From NCBI GenBank assembly GCA_021498095.1, contig JAIZWK010000001.1, positions 3,390,001 to 3,422,000 of the forward strand: DNA of 32,000 nt, given 5' to 3'. The notes under the pieces are model-generated. The model saw only the letters and a program-made list of their open reading frames with translations. It was not told where the DNA came from and did no database searches. The translations under genes were made by a program, and so were the position numbers. The stretch comes from Candidatus Harpocratesius repetitus. GTDB lineage: Archaea; Asgardarchaeota; Lokiarchaeia; Sigyniarchaeales; Promethearchaeaceae. Below are positions 20,723 through 28,948 of this stretch, one piece after another; position 1 is the first letter of the stretch, and each line of letters begins with the position of its first letter.

Positions 20723-22002
20723 GTGTCTGAGAGAAAACATTATTGTTATTTTGATTTCAATACATTCAAAACTTGCCATGAATTCATTCATTTATGGCTT
20801 ATCGGAGAATTTATCCCAAAATTCCAGAAAAAAATAACTCAAACAAACTCAGATTGTCCACTTCATAATCAAGCATTTAATCCAAGTCTTCGTTTAGATT
20901 ATTCGCAAAGATCGTATGGGAAAGATGTACTAGAATGTATCGGAGAGTATTCTATTCAAGAAGGCATGAAACCAAAAGATATTCTTACAATTCTTCGTCG
21001 AGAGTATGATCTTCCGATTTCGCTTAGTACCGTCGCTCGTATGTGTAATGATATTCTTGTTTTGACCACACACCATATCGATCAAAACACATACAAAATA
21101 ATTAAACAACAAGATTATATTTTAGTTGCATTTGACGGACAAGAACCTGATGGTGATCATCTGCCGTTGTGGAATTTTACCGATCTTATTTCTGGGCGAG
21201 TTTTAATGACCAAATACTTTGAACGTGTGGATTATCACGTACTTCATGAATCTATTGAAGAAATTATTGCAAATTACAAGAAACCGATCATCGGCTTTGT
21301 AAATGATAAACAAGGGCCTATTCGGAAATGTTTAGAGACATTTTACCCCGAGATTTCACATCAATATTGTACATTTCATTTTTCAAATAATCTTTGGAAT
21401 CATTTGGAAAAATATGCAAATACAATTCAAAATCACTTATTAAAAACGGTAAAAGGACTCTATATTCATAAGGTCTCGACAGATATTAAAATTAAAGTTC
21501 CTCATGAGCCAGAACCAGTATCTTTAAAACAGTTATGTGCTTCTTTAGATAAAGAGATTCAAAAATTAGTAAAAAATCAAAACCTTAAATTTGAAAAGCT
21601 TCGTGGAATAACGAGTTTTGATAAAATTAAGCTTTATATTGAAGAATTTCGCTATTATATCGCTCAAATTCCTGTAGATGATCGTTTTTCAAAAATAATG
21701 AGTAAAACGCTTACAGATTTAGAAAGCGGATGTTCTCAAGTGGAACAACGATATAAACATGCGAAAGAAGGATTAACCTGGTTTAAATCTATTCATACGG
21801 TACTTTGGAAGGATAATCTGAAAAAAGATATACGAATTAGAGAATTAGACAACATTTTCACTGCAATTAACCAAAGAACCTTAAAGATCAATTCCAATTT
21901 TAAACAACAAGAAGCAAAAAGTTTTCTTCCTTCATCTAAAACCCCGTTCTGGAAGATTTTATGTGAATGGAACCGGCTATGGAGAAGTTATAAGCCAAAA
22001 TT
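20723..22002 (+). pseudogene. Mutator-like (IS256/ISH6/ISL3-type) transposase, truncated at its C-terminus by the adjacent IS
   Basis: LVAFDGQEP (D1), GFVNDKQ (D2), QYCTFHF (CxxH). Family-like sequence stops at RSYKPKL, exactly at the IS end at 22003, so the catalytic Glu region is missing. The ORF tail to 22153 is read-through into the IS. Confidence 0.78.
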
Positions 22003-23763
22003 GGGGGTTTGGCGACGTAATCTTCCACAATATAATCAACAAAAAAGAATGGTTCGTATGGAAGATTCTCCAATTATGGACAAATCGCATAGAATAGATT
22101 GTTTGCCCAGTTATCATTTTATATACCAATGCACTTGTCTTGATCATCAGTAAATCTGATTTTACTCTATTTCTAAGATGTTTAGTGCTAATTTTCCAGG
22201 AAGTACTTTGCCCATCTCCGATTAAATCGCCTCGCTTTTTAATTATTCCGTTAATCCCTTCATTTTGTCCCCGTATGTGGTAAACCAAATACCATTCTAT
22301 GGTACCTTGCATTATTTTAGTATTCCCAATTGTTTTCTCAGCATTTGTTCCTGATTTTCGAATCTCTCTACGAATTATTTGAATTTTTTTTCTCTATCGC
22401 CACTCTTTCTTTTGTTCTACAAGAGTCAAACCATGATACCGTGCATATTGGGCCCAATTTGTGAGTGCACGCTTAGTTTCTTTGATCTTAATCTTAAATG
22501 ATATAGGTTTGGGATATTGGGCAAGGTAATACTTCACATCTCTAATCCAAGCCTTCTTTTGAGCTTTTGGAATTCCATTTTTTATTGCTTTTTTAGAGAT
22601 GCTTCTAAGGTTATTTTCTGCCGTTTTTAATTTTTTGAGTAATTTTGAGTTTCTTTTGTTAAAATCAACAAAGGGAATTACATCTGCGGCTTCTATCGCA
22701 TGAATTACCGATGTTGAAGAATATCCCGCATCAGCAGTAATTGCAATGATTTCCGAGCCTGTATCTTTTGCTAACGTTAAAATTGGGTTCAAAGATTGTT
22801 TAAAAAGGGCAACATCTGCAGTTTTCCCCGTTTCAGTTCGTGAGACTATCGGTAAGCAATTTGTTCCGCATCCTATTGATGTTTTATGTCCAAAAAAAAA
22901 CCCCTTGAACCTGTTCCGTTTGAAGCTTCCAAATTCCGACAGTCAACGGATAAGTTACATCCGTCAATCGAGTTTACGCTCAGATCTTGGATATTCTCTT
23001 TAATTAATAATTTATCGATAGCCTTTTCATATATTTGAAGATTTGATTCGAGATAATCGGAGTACCAATATAATTTCTTGATTCCTGGTGGTCGATTTAC
23101 AAATCCGAGTCTGCCTGCTATGTCAAAACAGAGTCTATTATCAATAAAACTAACTGTTTTTAACTTTCCATCAAGTTCTGTGATGCTTGAGATGTGATTA
23201 ATATGTTGATAAATACGAGCATTGAGATGGGCCATCAATTCTCCTCTAGAATATGTGTCATGTTTAGGAAATATTACGGAAGGTGGTATAATTCCTATAA
23301 AACATTCAATAGGAACTGTAATTTTCTGATTAGAAGTAGTAAATATGTTACTGCATACAATCCTTGCAGTATCGCCGATTTTAGTGTAATAGTAGTCTTG
23401 AAATTTGCTAAATAAATTTTCTAATGACGTTGAGTGTAGGTTTAACATGTCTGGAGCGTTTTTATAGACCCAACTATAACTTATGACACGTTTAAATAAT
23501 GATTCCAATCGTTCTTTGATTAAAGGTGCTCGGTCTGATGAAATAATCGAATGAATGACTCCAAGTTCCTTTCCAAATAATGCTGAAAGTATAAGGAAAT
23601 ATACTGTTTGTTTAGCGATATTTTTTCCTCGATTGACAGATTTGATCGATTCATCATAATCTAAGATCTGCTCAATGTCCTGATCAAAAGAAGAAAACCC
23701 CTCAATGATAATGTTTTGGTTGCTTACCGGGAATTTTGAAAAGATTTGATGATTCGGCGCCAT
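21977..23763 (-). pseudogene. DDE transposase in three pieces: frameshift at a T9 run near 22892-22900 and in-frame TAG at 22394-22396
   Basis: Pieces join into SIDGCNL...GFFFGHKT...ITADAGYSS...RGQNEGINGIIKKRG. 22394-22792 and 21977-22312 are in the same frame, separated only by the TAG and 27 sense codons. Confidence 0.8.
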
Positions 23764-23829
23764 CTTTACTAATATTAGGTAATTCTCTTATTTATCGTTT
23801 TTGCAAAAGATTTTTGTCGCTGATCCCCC
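22003..23829 (-). mobile_element. IS5/IS4-superfamily element (1827 bp) with disrupted transposase
   Basis: Imperfect TIRs GGGGGTTTGGCGAC (22003) and GGGGGATCAGCGAC (from 23829, minus strand), 11/14 identical. No TSD. Confidence 0.8.
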
Positions 23830-24044
23830 CTAACTGCCCATAGTCTTGCAGAAAGTGATCGAGTCAAAAGCTTCTGGGTTTGTTTTACCTGTCTGAAATT
23901 TCCGACTTGAGTATCTCGGAAAATCCTCTGTTGGAGATTCTCTACACGATGTTTGATTATGTCCCAATTAATTTGGTCCCAATCTATATCCATCGGTTGG
24001 TTGATGCATACAAATGCTTGATTTGTCTCACGCCTTTCTTCCAT
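23830..24044 (-). pseudogene. N-terminal fragment of group II intron reverse transcriptase/maturase (RVT_N-like)
   Basis: WDQINWDIIKHRVENLQQRIFR...QKLLTRSLSARLWAVR matches the WxxIxW...V..LQ.RI...LQ.LL..S..A.L.AVR pattern. Similarity ends at the IS boundary. Confidence 0.9.
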
Positions 24045-24574
24045 TCAATCATCTCTATTACAGATTTATTTCCAATGGAGTCACGGGTAGTCAGCTTCCT
24101 TTCGGAATGGTTATTAACCTATCCCTTCAATTACAGAAGGGCATTCACTTTCATCCGATCTCTATCTCCCTGCTTATTTACATGGAGATTTTTACGAAGT
24201 TCATATATACAGACAAGATACAACCTTTAGAGACTTGCTATACCCCGAGCATTTTTGATCAGATAGATATGTAAAAAAAGAATACATATCCTAATGCCAG
24301 TGCCTTCTTTGGTCGTCACAGTGTATCAACTCCCTTTCACTGCGTAAGTTTAACGAGGCTTCAGTTACAAGTTCACCGAAGTTTCTCATGGGTTGTTTTG
24401 GCTAGCCCTATCTGCATGGGGAGTTAGCAGAATCGGTACATTACCACACATGCTTTGAAACCCCACTCTTTTGGATAGGAGTTCGAGTGATTGCCACGAA
24501 TAGTCTGATTCTATTGCCAGTTTTTATATGTCATCTCTTTCTGGATTCTATATATACGCTTATCTTCGTCGCAC
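23830..24574 (-). mobile_element. Group II intron B (IIB/CL-like), 5' portion: DI-DIV and start of RT ORF, cut by the IS at 23829
   Basis: 5' end GTGCGACGAAG at 24574. EBS1 hairpin GGATATGTA-TTCTTTTTT-TACATATCT. Downstream ORF is an intron RT N-terminus. Confidence 0.9.
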
Positions 24575-24600
24575 CTTTTTGGAACCACGCGTGCGAGTTT
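24575..24600 (-). other. 26-nt exon remnant = 3' half of domain V and DV/DVI linker of a host group II intron
   Basis: AAACTCGCACGCGTGGTTCCAAAAAG vs AAACCTGCACGTGTGGTTCCTAAAAG in intron C (27055-27080): 22/26 identical. Confidence 0.88.
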
Positions 24601-24877
24601 GTCGGGTAAGTCAAGATCCTTGCAGATCCTTTTCCCCCTAAGAACGGAATGTGCCCCTTTCAAGGCATTCTGCTCGAGCCTGCAGCACTGAAACTGTCAC
24701 CAGTCCATTCCTCCCTTGTGTTCATAGGAATGATAGAAGATTATTTTATCCCACCACTTGAGGGTTATTAATGCATTGAGGTTTGTTACGCCATGTTTTC
24801 CAGTATCTTGGATTCATCGGGCTTTTATTGCCAACTTTCCATCTGTATTTCATTCGTGGAGTATCTTGAAAATAAAT
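24601..24877 (-). mobile_element. Group II intron A, 3' remnant: end of RT ORF, DV and DVI, cut by the IS at 24878
   Basis: Canonical 34-nt DV GAGCAGAAT-GCCTT-GAAA-GGGGC-AC-ATTCCGTTC (24675-24642). DVI ends CTTACCCGAC at 24601. ORF remnant 24877-24746 reads ...WKVGNKSPMNPRYWKTWRNK..., a maturase C-terminal-like segment. Confidence 0.9.
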
Positions 24878-26345
24878 CAGTCTTTAAGGTTATATTTTTA
24901 ATTCATAAAAAATAACCCCCTTTCTTCTTTTTGTAAAAATCATAAATTATCCATGATATTACTTTTAATATTTTTTATGATTTTACTTGATATGCGTAAA
25001 TGATAAACAGACAGAGTCATTTTCCACTTTTTCTGCTTCAATCGCAGTTGCTGCTTTCAGTAATATTCTCAGCAATTAAAGATATATGCATGAAGATAAA
25101 GTTCAGCAATTTGCGTGGTAGACTTTTGATTTCGGTAAGATATATGAATCTCATTAAGCATTCTAAAGCTGATTTCTTCAAACCATCGTTTTTTATATGT
25201 TTTTAAAAGCCATCGGCTCCATCGGGCTTGATTTTTATGAGGTCGTAGTGTTGTGAAGAATCCCTCAAGTTCCTCTATTGCTTGGTCAAAACTTATTTTA
25301 TTTTGAAGGAATTTTTGACGGATTTCCAAAGCTGATTGGCTTTTATGTGCAGTTAAAACTAAATGCAAATGTACCGAACTCGGCCAAGGTTTTGTCCCAG
25401 GGTTCTGAGAGAAGAAATATTTGTCAGAAATAGGTCGTTTTCCTAATAATAAATCGCTGAACGCCCTCTTGACATGTTTGAAACGCTTAGCAGACATTAA
25501 CACAGACAATTTTTGTAATTATAATTCTTTAACCAGAGCTGCACGCTAAAATTCACGATCCATTAACACATAGTTTAGGTTAGATCCTTGAAATTTCAAC
25601 GATTTTGCACTAATACCAATGTGTCTTAAGCGATATTGTCCATATCTGAGCAATCAAATCTCAGAAAAAAGAATATGTCCGCAACCTTGAAGAGCAAAAC
25701 CTTGGAACAAACGGGTCTTATGAGTTCCTTGTTGTTTATGCGTACCAACCTCCAAAGGTGGTTGAATCTTTCTATAGTAAGGATATTCGGTGTTATCAAC
25801 CAAGAGACGCATTTTTGAACCTTTGATCTCTTCTTTTCGGATTTCCATATTAACTCGATTTAAAAGGTTTTCAAAAATAAAATGAATATCTTTATTGGAA
25901 AGCAACCTAAAAAATTTGTCCACATCCGTTTGATAGGATATTAAGCGACGTTTTCAGACTCCATCTTTAAATTCCTTTATTCTTAATAATTTTCTTTTGC
26001 AATAATATTGTCCAAAATAATTATTAAGAAATTCTGAAGCATATGTCGTTGATTATTTAGTTACCATTGCATAAAGCTTTACAAGTATAAAATCCGAATA
26101 TGTATAAAGCCTCGGCTTGAATATTTTCGCGATTCCTGTTTGACTCCCTAAACCTTCGATATAAGATTTAAATTCTCCGCTGAAAAATAAATCTTGAGGA
26201 AAAATTGGGATGATCGACGAGGGAATCGCCGCTTCCGTAATAGATGACATAATCCATCAATTGAATATTCCTCTTTTCCTTCAAAAGCGTTTCGGTTCTC
26301 TATTATTGCTGGTTTAAATCGGCGCATTTATAACTTTGAAGACTG
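24878..26345 (-). mobile_element. ISH3-family insertion sequence (1468 bp) with decayed transposase
   Basis: TIRs CAGTCTTTAAGGTTATA and CAGTCTTCAAAGTTATA (15/17). CAGT termini are typical of the ISH3 group. No TSD. Confidence 0.85.
25069..26250 (-). pseudogene. ISH3-type DDE transposase pseudogene (several in-frame stops and frameshifts)
   Basis: Fragments contain LLVDNTEYPYY (D1), VLMDREF* (D2) and TYKKRWFEEISFR (E). In-frame TAA and TGA lie between the 26053-26250 and 25654-25923 pieces. Confidence 0.85.
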
Positions 26346-26347
26346 TT

Positions 26348-27114
26348 GTGCGACAAGAAGCACTATAACTGAATACATGACATGATTCTAACAGAAATAG
26401 AAACTGCCGACAAATTGACTGTCGATGGCTATGTGGACATGCATTATTAATAATGATTTTGTGTGAAGCTCCACGGACAATGTACCATCAGCATCCAACG
26501 AGATGATGGTTGTGGGCCAGCCAATGTGCCCATGGGAAACGAAAGTGAAGACATGATAAACTCCGTGATCGAGAATTGGTGAAATAATTTGACACACCAT
26601 AACCAAAAGGTAAATTGCCAGGTAGAGCAAGTAACAGTTTTGCTCTTTGTCATCCGTTGCGCAATCGGAGGAAAGTGTCTCCCTAAAGACACAATTGAAA
26701 GTCAGTTATAGCGAACTTGGTAAACCTCATATTCGCCAGCAATGCTGGTATCTTGGAGACAAGAAAAAGGGATGGACTAGGAGGTAGAGGATGCAGGAAA
26801 AAGCGAAAACAGATCTGTAATCGATCTGATAGGATCTTATGAAATCATTCATTGAACTGACTTGAGGACATGAAATTCATGGAAAACGTAATTCTGAAAA
26901 GATCTTTCGAGAAACCCGAAGTTTAAACTGGAGTTTAAAATCTTAATCAATAAACCAGTGGTAACAGAGGGAAATTGGGAATTCATAAGAAATTATGAAT
27001 CCCTAAAGACATGGTGACATGATCGGGTGCTCAAGGTGCGAGCTACATGCGAGGAAACCTGCACGTGTGGTTCCTAAAAGAGGGAAGTACCGTAAGATAC
27101 CTTCCTTATTTAAC
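26348..27114 (+). ncRNA. Group II intron C, complete and ORF-less (767 nt, IIB-like ribozyme)
   Basis: 5' GTGCGACAAG at 26348. EBS1 hairpin AGAGCAA-GTAACAGTT-TTGCTCT. DV GAGCTACAT-GCGAG-GAAA-CCTGC-AC-GTGTGGTTC (27040-27073). DVI ends TTATTTAAC at 27114. No long ORF inside. Confidence 0.92.
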
Positions 27115-27858
27115 TTAGTTTTTCATATTTCTATTCTTAAAAATTTTACAAATATGGTTTAAAGATTTTATCCCCATTCCACATTCTTGAATTAAAAATT
27201 CTCCAGTAGACAGATTTTTGTTTAATTTATTAATTATTGATTTTTCTACGTTTTTGTGCTAAAACTTGGACTCTCGAATTCTTTTTAGAAATATATTTTA
27301 AAAGGTTATGAGGCTTTAGTAATTTTTTTTAATTTAATCAAAATCTATCTTTTGAGCCAATTTTCATGACAATACTTCCATGCATCCAATTATTATTTGA
27401 GTCGGTATTTTTACAATCTTAAATTCGATTAATAATTTCATATTTTTATCATTTTTCTTTGAATTATTGACTTAATCTTATTTTTTTTCTTTAACTATCT
27501 TTCGACAAATTTAAAATTAAGATAGATTTGGGGATTGTGGAAAATTTAGAGAAGATTTTCGGATTTCCTTCAATTTTTCGAAATCTACTAAAACATCTTA
27601 TATGTTTTTTTATTATATTTAAATATTCAAAGTTTTTTCAATTATCGTTTTAATTTTTAAAGAATTCAGCAAATATTAAAGATGCAATCTTTTTGAATAC
27701 ACATTAGTTGAATTTAAGCTATGTTATGGCTGAATTAATATAATTTGTTCACAATTGATTATTTATAAGAAATATTGTTCATGATAAAATAAAAGGATTA
27801 AAATATAACGAAAAAAAGCATAAAGGTTGTTTTAAAAAAGAAAAATAGAATTTAGTGA

Positions 27859-28611
27859 TCATCTATTTGCTGCTTTTTCCCATGCTTCGCGCATAACTGG
27901 ATTTCTTCTCAAATATTCATCTTTCCAATCTTGGGGAACTCTGTTCAGGATACATGAAAAATTCGGACACTTCTTACACGAATTGTTTGATGTATTTAAA
28001 AAGAATATTATGTAAAATAGCGCAACTAGACCTGCAAAGAGAAATTCTTGAACAATTAATAGAAAAATAAGGGGAATTACAAAAAGTAGAGAAGCCCCAA
28101 TAATAAATTGATATTGTTCTGATTTTGAGATTGGTGCTGGATTGTATTTTGCAGATTTGAGAAATCCATAATTCGCATAGCATTTCAAAGTTTTAGAATC
28201 ATCAATTACATAGAATGGGCAATGACTGCAGAGAATTTTACTTTCCCAAATATTAAAAAAGAAAAATCCATAACTCAAATAAAATACAATAAATATAGCC
28301 AACCCTAACCATCCAAGATTTCCTTGATTCATTGAGCGGATTATTCCCCACACAAGTATCCCTATAAAAGATAGAAAAGGCCAAGCAAAAATCAGTGAAT
28401 CCTTATAATCAAGTTGACACATCAACTTGTTATGATTTGGACAATCTTTACATGAAACACCATTGTCGTAGCAAATTGTTAAAACATTCACTTGAGATGT
28501 TGACATTGGTGAAATTTCTTGACTATTTTCAACATTAGAACTCAAATTTGATGCAGATTCAGTTTTTAAAGGATCATTTAAATCAGTTGATTTGTTTGAC
28601 ATTTCAGTCAC
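27859..28611 (-). CDS. Hypothetical 4-TM membrane protein with three Cys clusters
   Basis: CYDNGVSCKDCP, LCSHCPFY...C and CKKCPNFSC flank pairs of TM helices. Confidence 0.75.
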   Translation of the reverse strand: MTEMSNKSTDLNDPLKTESASNLSSNVENSQEISPMSTSQVNVLTICYDNGVSCKDCPNHNKLMCQLDYKDSLIFAWPFLSFIGILVWGIIRSMNQGNLGWLGLAIFIVFYLSYGFFFFNIWESKILCSHCPFYVIDDSKTLKCYANYGFLKSAKYNPAPISKSEQYQFIIGASLLFVIPLIFLLIVQEFLFAGLVALFYIIFFLNTSNNSCKKCPNFSCILNRVPQDWKDEYLRRNPVMREAWEKAANR

Positions 28612-28948
28612 ATTCTTTTTTTTTTCTTAACAAGCTCTTTTTTAAATTGATTATTTTGCTAAGAAAAATTAACTTCATTTATTTATTTCACAATAATTCA
28701 ATGAATCATTATTCAATGAAGAGGATGTTACTTATCAGAAAGAGATTATTCTTTTTAATACCTTGTTAATTAAACAATACGACACTTCACACTTTTTCAT
28801 CTCAGGTAAATCAAAAAAAGATTACTTTTGCAGAAAACCATTCACTTCTCTACTTCAATTTGAAGAAACAACCTTATTAAATTGGTGATATTAAGTGTTT
28901 TGTAATTTTCTTTTCATATTCATTATCTAGCATTTGATATTCAATTCA

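Noticed and set aside
22003-22153. C-terminal 50 aa of the 476-aa ORF as genuine transposase sequence
   Set aside because: It begins exactly at the TIR of the neighbouring IS and is antisense read-through.
23880-24274. Plus-strand ORFs of 116 and 86 aa
   Set aside because: Antisense to intron B RNA and its RT fragment; no recognisable protein features.
26388-26692. Minus-strand ORFs of 80-81 aa
   Set aside because: Antisense to domain I of intron C; explained by the structured RNA.
27491-27520. TTCGACAAATTTAAAATT as a third copy of the 239-bp repeat
   Set aside because: Similarity is limited to under 20 AT-rich bases and does not extend.
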